Below, piece after piece: positions 20,063-29,424 of a stretch of DNA of 57,366 bases. A program made the position numbers and the translations under genes. The notes under the pieces were generated by a model, which saw nothing but the letters and a program-made list of their open reading frames with translations, had not been told where the DNA came from and searched no databases. The DNA comes from a virus. Its lineage: Duplodnaviria; Caudoviricetes. The DNA lies in IMG/VR virus record IMGVR_UViG_3300030102_004613, positions 1 to 57,366 of that record; one strand, given 5' to 3'. The number at the start of each line of letters is the position of its first letter. The stretch's first letter is position 1.

Positions 20063-21156
20063 GAAACGCACTCATTACATTCTTTGTTTTATTTTCTAAT
20101 GCTCTTTTTGCTCAGGGATTTTTAAAGTACAGCACTGTATATACGAGTGCGTATGGTGCTTCCCCTATGGAGGCTCAGACAGAATACTATGTTACTCAAG
20201 GTGGAGACTTGCAGGACATTACCATTGAGAATCCGTTTGACTATCGTTATACATTGGGCATACGTAGGGTAGCCAGATATGACTACGAGAATCGCCAGAA
20301 CCCATTTTATGATGGGCACAACCAATCAACAACATCTTTATCTGCTACTGTCGGTGCAGTGAATGGATTTGAGTACCTCGCACAATACGACAGAGGTAGA
20401 CAACAAGGGAGAGATTACATCAATCAAAGATACTTCTTGAGATACCTTGCAAAGCGTTGGATTATCAAAGGAGAGTACTTCGACCAAGGCTTGGTAGATT
20501 TGAACTACGCTCAGGTTGAATCAAGACTAAGACTGCATATAGGAGAAGTAGATTTTTCTGTGGGAGTAGCGGCCAGATCACATCGTCCCTATGGTTACAA
20601 CCCTATTGCAGATTACCTTGCTGATAATCCGTGGTGGGATTTAGTGCGAGACATGGGCTATGTAGATGTATACTACGGCATAGACTATGACAATGACGAT
20701 TTACTTGACAACTTTGATTGGTACTGGTTAGATCCAGACGGAAATAAAGTTGCTGACACTGACGAGGACTTCAGAAAGTACATTTATGGAGACATTGTAA
20801 ACGAGTACAATAAATCTCAACTTAGTCAAATAGGAACGCTTGCATCTCTATCTGCTATACTCGGTGTAGACTACTACCACTACAGCGATAAATTTTGGCT
20901 ACACTCTTGGGCCAGTATGCTTCCTTGGCACATGCATATATACGGTGATCCCATGTTCTCTTATGAGCAGTTTGCAGATGAGTTAGAAAACACTAACCAC
21001 TGGATTCCTGGTCAATGGATTGATTATTCTTTTGGGACCGTGCTTGGTTATAAGATTGGTCTTAACTGGGGAATATTTGCTGAGGGAGAGTACATGAAGT
21101 ACTGGGACCGAGAGGTCTTCAATGTAAGCGCAGGAATCAATTACCAGTTTCGATGA
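20056..21156 (+). CDS. Putative outer-membrane beta-barrel protein
   Basis: Signal peptide ending LFAQ, alternating amphipathic strands rich in Tyr/Trp/Gly, C-terminal VSAGINYQFR beta-signal-like end. Confidence 0.6.
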   Translation: MVRNALITFFVLFSNALFAQGFLKYSTVYTSAYGASPMEAQTEYYVTQGGDLQDITIENPFDYRYTLGIRRVARYDYENRQNPFYDGHNQSTTSLSATVGAVNGFEYLAQYDRGRQQGRDYINQRYFLRYLAKRWIIKGEYFDQGLVDLNYAQVESRLRLHIGEVDFSVGVAARSHRPYGYNPIADYLADNPWWDLVRDMGYVDVYYGIDYDNDDLLDNFDWYWLDPDGNKVADTDEDFRKYIYGDIVNEYNKSQLSQIGTLASLSAILGVDYYHYSDKFWLHSWASMLPWHMHIYGDPMFSYEQFADELENTNHWIPGQWIDYSFGTVLGYKIGLNWGIFAEGEYMKYWDREVFNVSAGINYQFR

Positions 21157-21569
21157 AATGGCTAAACGTGTTAATGATAGCGTTCTTATTGAGCAGTTGC
21201 AGCGCTCAATGGCACCTCAAAAGAGCAGTGAAGAAAGATCCTACGATTCTGGTAGAAGATACGTTGGTTGTAAAGGACACGGTTGTAGTGCCGCCTGTGG
21301 TTATCACGGATACTGTGACTACGAAGCAACACGATACTATAATAGTCCAAAAGGACAGGCTGAAAGTAAGAATAGTAAAGAGACTGGACACTCTTATTAT
21401 AGAAGGTCAATGCGCCTCGGATACGATAGTGAGGACCATTGAAGTGCCTGTGCCGTCCATCGTTATGAGAGACAGCGACAACTGGTACAACAAGGTTTAC
21501 AAGGGTTCTTTTTACTTACTGTTACTTATTCTTCTTTTCCTATACCTAAAAGCAAATAAAATACTTTAG
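21153..21569 (+). CDS. Unimolecular spanin (u-spanin)
   Basis: N-terminal lipobox LLSSC, Val/Thr-rich beta periplasmic region, C-terminal TM helix FYLLLLILLFLYL: the T1 gp11-type topology. Confidence 0.7.
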   Translation: MKWLNVLMIAFLLSSCSAQWHLKRAVKKDPTILVEDTLVVKDTVVVPPVVITDTVTTKQHDTIIVQKDRLKVRIVKRLDTLIIEGQCASDTIVRTIEVPVPSIVMRDSDNWYNKVYKGSFYLLLLILLFLYLKANKIL

Positions 21570-21668
21570 TTAGGATCCGCAGGCCTCGCAATCTTCAGGG
21601 TTTAAGATGTTACAAGTAGGCTGTTCTTGGGACGCGAGTTCCTCTACGAATTTGTCGAAGTCTTCCAT
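21570..21668 (-). CDS. 32-aa peptide ending in an RNR-alpha-like C-terminal CxxC tail
   Basis: Translated by hand: MEDFDKFVEELASQEQPTCNILNPEDCEACGS; stop abuts the spanin stop. Confidence 0.7.
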   Translation of the reverse strand: MEDFDKFVEELASQEQPTCNILNPEDCEACGS

Positions 21669-21733
21669 AAGTATCGGTAAAAAATAAGGTTATACCCCAC
21701 TGAATTGCGGAGGATTCGAAGATACTACAAAAC

Positions 21734-22090
21734 CTAATAACGAAATCCCCTGAACCCGATCATGTGAAACATTGTTTCCACAAGATGAGCAAGTTTCATG
21801 TGTTTGGTTTTCAGAACAATAAAGGCATACTTAGTGTTTTTGCCTGTCTCTTTGTGCTTGGTTACTCGCTTTTTAAAATTCTTAGTCATGCCTATGTATC
21901 TTTCTTTTGGTAAATAGTAGACAAGGAAGTCGCCTCCGTGCTGTCCTATGGCATCCCTCTTCTTCTTGCACTTCTTGCAATATCTTTGAAGCCCCACCGG
22001 CCTGGTTCGATCTAAATGAAACTCAGATCTTAGTTTAGATTTTTTACACTTGCTACAAGTATGATATGGCGGGTGGATTCGAGGGCTCAT
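21734..22090 (-). CDS. Zn-finger plus GIY-YIG-like nuclease
   Basis: CSKC..EFHLDR..GLQRYCKKC then VYYLPKERYIGMT..KRVTKH; start at MSPRI overlapping the upstream stop. Confidence 0.55.
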   Translation of the reverse strand: MSPRIHPPYHTCSKCKKSKLRSEFHLDRTRPVGLQRYCKKCKKKRDAIGQHGGDFLVYYLPKERYIGMTKNFKKRVTKHKETGKNTKYAFIVLKTKHMKLAHLVETMFHMIGFRGFRY

Positions 22091-22596
22091 TCCAATTCGT
22101 AGTATGGAGAGTATGCTCCTGTTGTAACCCTCCAAGACCTTACCTGATCCAATGTGAAGTTCGCCATGATATATTCGTGAGGCGAGATGAATTTCACGAA
22201 TAAAATTATTTCTGGTTTCTCTGTATCTATTGCCTGCTTGTTTGCCTTGTACGAACCCTCACAAGTCTTGACGCTTAATCGATATTGTTTAGATACAGAC
22301 TCTACTATGATGTCTGAGTCATCACTAACATTACCTCCTCTTTTAAACAGCGATGATACTGTGTATACAACTACATCTGGGCTCATTTCGAGATAGTGCC
22401 TAACTAATAGTTCTCCAAGAATCCCAACATACTCTGTGTAATATTCTCTTGAAACAGACCCCAACAACACTGACTCTTTGTAGCCTTTGCGTTGTTTGTG
22501 TGTTCCTTGATAACGATCTTTATTCTCTTGTATACGTAACAGAGTTAGATCATGAGCGTAGTCTTTAAGATATGGCGGTATGGGTACGGTTTTCAT
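22087..22596 (-). CDS. Putative PD-(D/E)XK-like nuclease
   Basis: GILGELLV ... DSDII ... LSVKT pattern. Confidence 0.45.
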   Translation of the reverse strand: MKTVPIPPYLKDYAHDLTLLRIQENKDRYQGTHKQRKGYKESVLLGSVSREYYTEYVGILGELLVRHYLEMSPDVVVYTVSSLFKRGGNVSDDSDIIVESVSKQYRLSVKTCEGSYKANKQAIDTEKPEIILFVKFISPHEYIMANFTLDQVRSWRVTTGAYSPYYELE

Positions 22597-23558
22597 GACA
22601 GTCCTTCCAATCTTAGTTTGTTTATGGTAGACAAATCATAATGCTTCTTGCAATACTCGTATAGATTGTTTCCGAGTTTTTTTGCTTTTGTTAGGGTCAT
22701 GTTTTCTACTGCTTCCTTCCATTCCTTAGGTGTGCTACAGAGTATGCCTGTTTCCCCGTGCTTGATAACTTCTTTGTATGGTGTTACTTTTGAAGCAATT
22801 ATAGCAGTGCGCGTGAACCCCGCTTCAACTACTTTCAGTTCTGATTTGCATCTGTTGAATCTTGAGTTCTTCAGGGGGCTGAGGGAGACGTCGAAGAACT
22901 TATATAACTGTGCATACTGAGTAATATCCACGGGGTTCATCCTGTACTTTGCCTTGAGTCTATCTGGATAGTCCATCAAGGCCATGCAATATAATTCATG
23001 ATCCTCGAATGTCATGCCCATTTGATCCAAATCTTTTTGATGCCCGTTGGCGCCAAGATATCCGAATCTTACTTTAAAATCTTTTGGATTATCTTTTTCC
23101 CAATCAGCCCATTGCTTTTCCTTCGCGTATATTGTGTTTGGAATAATTCTATATACAACATCTGGATTAATTTTCTTCATTCTTTCTGCGAGATATGCGG
23201 AAGGTGTCCATATTTCATCTGCTATCTCTATACTGTCCTTGATGAAGTACTGCGCATTGTCTTTGTAATGATTGTATGCGGGATTGTCTTTAGGTAAATC
23301 CCAATAATCATCATTATCAAGAATAACTTTTACTTCATTGTCCACAAGGAACTGCTTAAATGCTTTGGCATCTGATACATTAAACCTTCTTGACCCAATA
23401 AGATGGCTGACGTTTGATAAGTCATACTCTTTTAGTTCATTAAGACTTTGAATGAAATGAATATTAATACCCTCTTCCTCTTTGAGTCTTAGAAAAGGTG
23501 TCATTAGTCTATGGTAGTTAATACCGTTAAGACCATCAAGATAAATCAGCGTCATCAT
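22593..23558 (-). CDS. Glycosyltransferase (GT-B fold)
   Basis: GINYHRL..P, ILDNDDYW, FDVSLSPLKNSRFNRCKSELKVVEAG, IIASKVTPY. Confidence 0.85.
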   Translation of the reverse strand: MMTLIYLDGLNGINYHRLMTPFLRLKEEEGINIHFIQSLNELKEYDLSNVSHLIGSRRFNVSDAKAFKQFLVDNEVKVILDNDDYWDLPKDNPAYNHYKDNAQYFIKDSIEIADEIWTPSAYLAERMKKINPDVVYRIIPNTIYAKEKQWADWEKDNPKDFKVRFGYLGANGHQKDLDQMGMTFEDHELYCMALMDYPDRLKAKYRMNPVDITQYAQLYKFFDVSLSPLKNSRFNRCKSELKVVEAGFTRTAIIASKVTPYKEVIKHGETGILCSTPKEWKEAVENMTLTKAKKLGNNLYEYCKKHYDLSTINKLRLEGLS

Positions 23559-23760
23559 AGAATTCTAACAGCGCTGATCTTACCATGTCGAACTCAGCGT
23601 CTATGTCTCGTTTGTGTTTTCTGATAGTGTTATGCAAGCGCTCTGCGTCTGTGCGTGGGTTCCCGGATACATCGTGCAGACTTTCGTACAGTTCTGTAGC
23701 AGCCTTGTGCATTCTACTTGTAGCCAGGAAGTAGATCTTACTCAACGATTTCGTATCCAT
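23536..23760 (-). CDS. Hypothetical helical protein
   Basis: 74 aa, overlaps both neighbours in the operon. Confidence 0.6.
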   Translation of the reverse strand: MDTKSLSKIYFLATSRMHKAATELYESLHDVSGNPRTDAERLHNTIRKHKRDIDAEFDMVRSALLEFYDDADLS

Positions 23761-24112
23761 AACCTTTAATCTTTGCTACAAAAAGATCTTTACCGAGATC
23801 ACCATCAAACGCTGTAGACTGCTTTTTAAAGAATTTAGGACTGTCATCCTTTACATATCCCCCGTATCTCAAGTAGTCAGCCAAGAACTTACAACAACAA
23901 ATAGCATTATCCACATCGTACCGGCAGTTGTAAAGGACATGTATTTCAAAGGTGTCCATCCAAAACTTGTCGTGATTCTCCAATGATATTCGGATCTGTT
24001 CAAAGTATTTCTTCTTGTAGTTTTGCCTTACAGCGTAGTGCTTTCCCGCGTAAAATTTATTAAGCGACGGTGGCTTAGGCAATTCTAAAAGTATCTCCGT
24101 GTACTCGTTCAC
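23738..24112 (-). CDS. RusA-like Holliday junction resolvase
   Basis: LPKPPSLNKFY, RYDVDN, KFLADYL..GYVKDDSP motifs. Confidence 0.75.
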   Translation of the reverse strand: MNEYTEILLELPKPPSLNKFYAGKHYAVRQNYKKKYFEQIRISLENHDKFWMDTFEIHVLYNCRYDVDNAICCCKFLADYLRYGGYVKDDSPKFFKKQSTAFDGDLGKDLFVAKIKGYGYEIVE

Positions 24113-24115
24113 ACC

Positions 24116-25906
24116 CTAATATAGGGATAAAGTGCTGTCTTTGTATGCTAAAGGCTTAAAACTTTTTACACCTGTGCCTAATTCATGAAAACCTGTGCGT
24201 GATGCATTGATTTCTAAAAGCACAGGATCATTGAAAGGGCTTGGCATTCCTCCTGTTTCTTGATTGCGTTGCTTACGTATATGTATCTCGGTTCTTATGC
24301 GTATATGGTAATCGTCTGACATTGGTTTTCTATGAAATGAAAGGAAGGAATCGGCCCTATTCACGAACTTACCGCCGCCTTCAGTCATAGATGCAGTGGG
24401 CGCTACAGGCAAACCGTCTGGTCCTTTAATTCTTTGAGCCTCAGTTACTGAGTGAGTGTTTAACCACACTGCCATATTGTTATTAACGCTGAATGTCAGT
24501 AATTCTGATGCGGCCTCATAGTGGTACTCATGAGAAGATATTTGAGCACTCTTAGATATTGTTGTCTTCAGTGAGTTGTATGGGTCTATTAGGAACCCGT
24601 CATATTTTTCTTGTCGGATAAGTTTCTCTGCAAAAATCAATAAGTCAGTGTAACTATATACCTGATTGTTGCTAATTATTGTAAAGTGCTCATTGACCCA
24701 TTTGTATGCAGCAACTCTCTCTTCGTAATGCATATCCTGTATTGGCACATCAACAAGAAACTCCATCAGCCTCATCTTAATAGCGGCTGTTTTGTTTTCG
24801 GAAGAATATATAATCCACCTCCATTTGTGTAGCACGGCTGATGTAACCATGAGGTACAAGGCCATCGTAGTTTTACCCACATTGCTGTGTCCGTTTATGA
24901 TGGTAAACTCTTTCTTGAATAAATAATACTTGTCGAGATTAGGGAGTCCTGTAGTCAACCCTTTTTCTATTTCTCCATTCGCAAACTTATTAATCCAATC
25001 GAGGTCATCGTGGTCGCTCGATATGAAAGACATATCCCCGTCATTGATTTTCATTTCACGACGAATCTTATTCTCGTCATCAATAATCTCACGGATAGGC
25101 ATCATCTTTCCTTGTATGATACCGTCGGCTATAGTCTTCTTCGCTAAATCAAAGTCATCAACATCTCTGCGGTCTAACTCACGTGTCATTACACGAAGAG
25201 CCTCGTCCTCTTCCATTCTGCCTGCGGCGATGTAACCACCACAAAGAATCGCGGCTCTCAATAGTATGTTGTGCTTCTGACCATCAGGCGCTTTGCGAAT
25301 CATTCGTGCTACAATATCAATCTTATCGTAGTCCGTATATGATTCTGGTGCAACATACTCTTCATGCTTGACGTTTTCTCCAAGCATAAGCCCAAATATC
25401 TTTGGCTCTTCGTTAGAAATTAGATCAGGGTCAAAACTTTCAAAACATGCACGAGATACATTGATACCTGATGGGTCAACCTCAAGTCCGTAGGTTCTAT
25501 CGAAGTATGATTGAAGTGCCCTGAAGTGATCTCGATGTCTTTCAGGATTAGAAATCTTAACCAATGTCTTGAGGCCATCGCCACTTGGAGAGGTCCAACA
25601 CGCACGAATGTAATCGTCCGTGCCCAACATTGCTTTGTAGTCCGTGACATTGATGTGGTCAAAGTCAAGGATAATATATCCGCTATGTCCTTTGATGTCG
25701 GTATCTCTTCGTCCAGAGAACACACCTGAAAACAGCGCAACAGGTAATTCTTTTTTGATGTTAGTTTCGCCCTCTCTTACTTTGGATACTTTTGGTTGGC
25801 TCGTGCCATCCTTGATTCTATCGAGGGCAGTTTCTAATGTTATGTAGTACGGGTTGTCGATGTCCTTGATGGATTGGAACATCGTAATCTTTTCAGGTGA
25901 ATTCAT
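24116..25906 (-). CDS. Primase-helicase (BT4734/VirE-N-like primase plus DnaB-like SF4 helicase)
   Basis: N-terminal KKELPVALFSGVF, ILDFDH, SPSGDGLK, RACFESFDP; C-terminal Walker A GHSNVGKT, Walker B FLIDPYN, KFVNRAD. Confidence 0.85.
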   Translation of the reverse strand: MNSPEKITMFQSIKDIDNPYYITLETALDRIKDGTSQPKVSKVREGETNIKKELPVALFSGVFSGRRDTDIKGHSGYIILDFDHINVTDYKAMLGTDDYIRACWTSPSGDGLKTLVKISNPERHRDHFRALQSYFDRTYGLEVDPSGINVSRACFESFDPDLISNEEPKIFGLMLGENVKHEEYVAPESYTDYDKIDIVARMIRKAPDGQKHNILLRAAILCGGYIAAGRMEEDEALRVMTRELDRRDVDDFDLAKKTIADGIIQGKMMPIREIIDDENKIRREMKINDGDMSFISSDHDDLDWINKFANGEIEKGLTTGLPNLDKYYLFKKEFTIINGHSNVGKTTMALYLMVTSAVLHKWRWIIYSSENKTAAIKMRLMEFLVDVPIQDMHYEERVAAYKWVNEHFTIISNNQVYSYTDLLIFAEKLIRQEKYDGFLIDPYNSLKTTISKSAQISSHEYHYEAASELLTFSVNNNMAVWLNTHSVTEAQRIKGPDGLPVAPTASMTEGGGKFVNRADSFLSFHRKPMSDDYHIRIRTEIHIRKQRNQETGGMPSPFNDPVLLEINASRTGFHELGTGVKSFKPLAYKDSTLSLY

Positions 25907-26198
25907 TCTCGTAGTCTCGTTCTAAGTGTCTCTCCGAATATCCAACAATTTTTTGTTGTTTGATACGATATACTCTAAAATTTTCTTTCTTGGCTGTGAG
26001 TTTAGTCTGATCATTTAGGTATTGTAGGGCCTTATTGTCTTTGTTTAAGTGCGCCAAAGTCTTGGCTCTGCTTACACATTCCATGTCTTTCCATCTATGT
26101 ATAGATACTTTCTTGCCCCTTCTTGTTTGCCAAACTATATCTACGACGTACCAATAAATTGGCTGACCAAGTCTTTTTGTTTCGTTCAGGTCTTGCAT
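25893..26198 (-). CDS. Hypothetical basic protein
   Basis: 101 aa, overlaps neighbours in the operon. Confidence 0.55.
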   Translation of the reverse strand: MQDLNETKRLGQPIYWYVVDIVWQTRRGKKVSIHRWKDMECVSRAKTLAHLNKDNKALQYLNDQTKLTAKKENFRVYRIKQQKIVGYSERHLERDYENEFT

Positions 26199-26809
26199 AT
26201 TTTGTTATATAAAATAAAATCTTCTTTGTAGTACAGAGAAAGTAACAACTCTGTTTCTTTATCTATTGTCCACTGCTTAGAGGTAGTGGTGTTAACCCAA
26301 GGCAACGGTAAGTCTTTGCCTATTTGCTTACAGACATAATTCCAATCCTCTTTAAGATTAGATACATTTCCCAACCAAAGTTCTTCGTGAATCCAATCGA
26401 CTTGCTGATAAGCATTTTTTGGTTGGCTCCAATGCTTGTCGTACACATGAAACTGTGCAAACATGTGCTTGTTTATGACCCTTTCAGGCGAGCGTTCGAG
26501 GTGATGCTCATCGTTGAGCAACCAATGTAAGTCGTATACATCAGGGAAAGTGTAGTCAACATTGTAAACAAATGAAGATATAAATCTCTCTTTAGGCTCT
26601 CGAACAAAAGCAAACTTAAAATATGAGTTCCATCTATCTTCTCCTGCGATAAGGCGTACCTGACTCGCAAGTTCATGTCCAAAAGGTGGGTTGTTATTGT
26701 CTCCTGTTATGCAGTTAGGGTCAGCCTTTATTAACGCCTCCTCCATAGAGGTGCTTGCATTTTTAGGGATTCGTACAAAAATACATTTGTACTTATCGCT
26801 GATAATCAT
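26186..26809 (-). CDS. Carbohydrate sulfotransferase (Sulfotransfer_2 type)
   Basis: 5'-PSB IFVRIPKNASTS and 3'-PB FAFVREPKERFISSF; C-terminal YYKEDF. Confidence 0.85.
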   Translation of the reverse strand: MIISDKYKCIFVRIPKNASTSMEEALIKADPNCITGDNNNPPFGHELASQVRLIAGEDRWNSYFKFAFVREPKERFISSFVYNVDYTFPDVYDLHWLLNDEHHLERSPERVINKHMFAQFHVYDKHWSQPKNAYQQVDWIHEELWLGNVSNLKEDWNYVCKQIGKDLPLPWVNTTTSKQWTIDKETELLLSLYYKEDFILYNKICKT

Positions 26810-27258
26810 AACTCAGTCGTGCTTATGATTTGATGCTTTGTAAAATGAATTGGGTCATTAGTATATAGAACAACTCTGTATTTAAAAGAGGCGTCATACA
26901 TTTCTTTCTGCTTGAGAAGATCGATAATAATACCACAGCCATCAATCCACTTCTCTCGGTATTCTTCATTGATTGGCTTTCCGTTGCTATACTTCTCAAG
27001 ATTTGACTTGTGTCTACGCATGGCATGTAATACAGTCGCATGATCTCGATTAAATAATTTACCTAAGTGTTGGTAACTCATCTTGGTGTGCTCTCTCAAA
27101 AAGCCCCAAATAAGAGTTCTTGTTTCTACCAAATGACGATCCCTTTTAGTCATATCTAATTCTTGTTGTTGAACGTTGTTAATACGACAAAAGGTTGTTA
27201 TACTATTTTTTATGATGACTGCATTTCTGCGCTCGATATATTTAAAGTAGTCGCTCAT
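26806..27258 (-). CDS. DnaA C-terminal-like HTH DNA-binding protein
   Basis: R.R.LVETR ... MSYQHLGKLFNRDHATVLHAMR matches the DnaA domain IV signature RDHTTVLHA. Confidence 0.75.
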   Translation of the reverse strand: MSDYFKYIERRNAVIIKNSITTFCRINNVQQQELDMTKRDRHLVETRTLIWGFLREHTKMSYQHLGKLFNRDHATVLHAMRRHKSNLEKYSNGKPINEEYREKWIDGCGIIIDLLKQKEMYDASFKYRVVLYTNDPIHFTKHQIISTTEL

Positions 27259-27476
27259 GAGTTTTGAATGATTCTTTTGTAATACTCTGGAGCCACAGCC
27301 TCTATCTCTTCAAGGTATTTTTTTTCTACTTGCTTTAAATCTACGCCTGCATCATGCTGACTACCTGTTCCATGACTTGCATGCAACAGCGCCATCTTTT
27401 CTAAGCGCTTATCTACATACTCTCTCGTGCGCGTGCACATATTCTTGCGCGACTGCGCCTTACATATCTTTTCCAT
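27255..27476 (-). CDS. Hypothetical protein
   Basis: 73 aa, in operon. Confidence 0.55.
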   Translation of the reverse strand: MEKICKAQSRKNMCTRTREYVDKRLEKMALLHASHGTGSQHDAGVDLKQVEKKYLEEIEAVAPEYYKRIIQNS

Positions 27477-27477
27477 A

Positions 27478-28035
27478 TTAAAATAAATCTATCGCGTAAA
27501 TATCACTAAGTTCAAAGTACGTGTGGTATCCATTGTGATGTAAAAACTCCTCGACCAAATGCTCTTGTCCCCGTAAGTGTTTGTGTTCCAACTTAATAAG
27601 GTGTGGCCTTTGCGGGGCTGTAAAGTCTACTGTTTTGAGTATTTCAAAATCGTGACCTTCGGTATCTATCTTCAAAAAGTCAACACGCTCAACATTGTAT
27701 GTGTCAATCAGTTCCTGATAGGTCATTGTGGGTACAGTACGGGGCTCAACCAACTCTTTGTTTAGTGGGAGCGTATATTCTGTAAATGAACTCATGCCTG
27801 CGTAGTCGTGATCGTTTTTTACAATACCCTCCTTGAAAGTATTCATTTCCCTATAACCACTCTTTGTGTCAATGGCGCAGTTAACGTACTCAACAGCGTC
27901 AATCTTTTTTAATGCAGACAGGTATTCCGATATGGGTTCTACTATAATACCAGACCATCCGTTCTTTCCCAAGATATTGAGCGTATCAAAATCACACGAA
28001 CCTATTTCGATGAAAAACTTATTTGCTTTCATCAA
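27478..28035 (-). CDS. FkbM-family SAM-dependent methyltransferase
   Basis: FIEIGSCD, GWSGIIVEP, VDFLKIDTEGHDFEIL. Confidence 0.85.
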   Translation of the reverse strand: MMKANKFFIEIGSCDFDTLNILGKNGWSGIIVEPISEYLSALKKIDAVEYVNCAIDTKSGYREMNTFKEGIVKNDHDYAGMSSFTEYTLPLNKELVEPRTVPTMTYQELIDTYNVERVDFLKIDTEGHDFEILKTVDFTAPQRPHLIKLEHKHLRGQEHLVEEFLHHNGYHTYFELSDIYAIDLF

Positions 28036-28258
28036 TCATGTTTTTTAATATGGACCTTCTTGTTTCGGTCATTTCCATTGTTTTATGCATCCATTTCAAG
28101 TAAGATAATGGCACTTGGTCAATCTTGATTCCTTTATACTTGCCAAACTTGATAACCCCATCACTAATTCTCCAAGGCTCTAACCTTGGGCTGACGGAGG
28201 TGTGGTTGTTGTTTTCTCCAGACCTGTGCGCAAGCATTTGTTGAGTTTTATCTCCCAT
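28019..28258 (-). CDS. DUF3820-like protein
   Basis: IKFGKYKG.KI.QVP.SYLKW motif; start moved to MGDKT at 28258. Confidence 0.7.
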   Translation of the reverse strand: MGDKTQQMLAHRSGENNNHTSVSPRLEPWRISDGVIKFGKYKGIKIDQVPLSYLKWMHKTMEMTETRRSILKNMIDESK

Positions 28259-28349
28259 TTTTTTTGTATTAAAGGTTAATGTGGGGAGGGCTCTCTTTCC
28301 AGAGGGGGTTTTGCAAATTGTTATTAATCTTACCCTCCCCGACATTAGT

Positions 28350-28634
28350 TTAGAATGGCAAATCAGATGTGGTCTCAGCGTTAGCAGTCTGATTGGATTG
28401 ACTGTTGCTGTACTTCTGATTGTCCTTTGCGCGTGGATTAAACACACTCAAGAAGGCGCTTCCGTCTGTCTTGATTACGAAATCCATGTTTACATTACCC
28501 ATACTTGTTAGGTACTTCTTCAACTCATCGAGTTGCGCCTCCTTAAAGGAGATTTGGTACTTAGCGACACCACTGTCGAATTCTTGTCTGTCGGCTACGT
28601 AACCGATGTAGACATCCTTTTTTTGATCTTGCAT
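28350..28634 (-). CDS. Single-stranded DNA-binding protein (putative)
   Basis: Short beta-rich core, polar linker, acidic C-terminal SDLPF tail; next to exonuclease and SSAP; start MQDQK. Confidence 0.7.
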   Translation of the reverse strand: MQDQKKDVYIGYVADRQEFDSGVAKYQISFKEAQLDELKKYLTSMGNVNMDFVIKTDGSAFLSVFNPRAKDNQKYSNSQSNQTANAETTSDLPF

Positions 28635-28644
28635 TGCAATACAA

Positions 28645-29424
28645 TTAAATTTCCCCTTGTATATAAAAACGATTGGCTGATTGGTCTTGGTCATAATGCG
28701 ATTTGATTATGTTCAAGGCTTTTGCAACCTTCCGCTTGCCGAAGTCAAGGGTTTCCTCCGATGCTTTAAATACTGCAGGTAGGTACGGGTATGCTTTCTC
28801 CTGTACTACCCAATAAAAATCTTTGATACCGAACACGTGCGTGTACAGAAAGGCTTGAATATCATACCCAAACGTAACGACATCACGTTTGAATCCCTTC
28901 ACGCTTCGTGAAGATTTGCTATCTGATATGTAGCCATCGCCTAAGCAATCAAGAAATCCCCTAAATGGAACCACATCTCCAAAGAGTTCTATCTCGTGAT
29001 TGAACTCCACTTGATAATCCCCATCAAGGTAGATATTCTGTACTCCAGATTCATCCAACCTTGTTATCATGTCTATGCATTGTTGATAGTCCTCAAATGA
29101 AACCGAAGTCTTTTCAGTAGACATTTTGTTTTGTTCTTCCATCCATTCTTTATAGGCCTTAGTAGAACGTGGCTGTCTCCCGCCTATGTCTTTTACTATT
29201 TCTCGATCATCAAACACATGAAATTGCTCATCGAATGACTCAGGAGTAAACAGCAGGCAGTCATAGGCAGTGCCGAATGCAAGAGCAGGAGAATCTTTCT
29301 TCAACTTACCTTGCATATACAATTCAAACAGCGCTATATCTTGAAGCGCATATTTGATAGATGAATAGGACAGGTATTTTTTACCCGTCCGTTCCACTAA
29401 AGATTCAAACCATCCATTAGTCAT
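28645..29424 (-). CDS. RecE/ExoVIII-like PD-(D/E)XK exonuclease
   Basis: YLSYSSIK, ALAFGTAYD..L, FRGFLD...ISDSKSS, GYDIQAFLY, VVQEK. Confidence 0.8.
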   Translation of the reverse strand: MTNGWFESLVERTGKKYLSYSSIKYALQDIALFELYMQGKLKKDSPALAFGTAYDCLLFTPESFDEQFHVFDDREIVKDIGGRQPRSTKAYKEWMEEQNKMSTEKTSVSFEDYQQCIDMITRLDESGVQNIYLDGDYQVEFNHEIELFGDVVPFRGFLDCLGDGYISDSKSSRSVKGFKRDVVTFGYDIQAFLYTHVFGIKDFYWVVQEKAYPYLPAVFKASEETLDFGKRKVAKALNIIKSHYDQDQSANRFYIQGEI

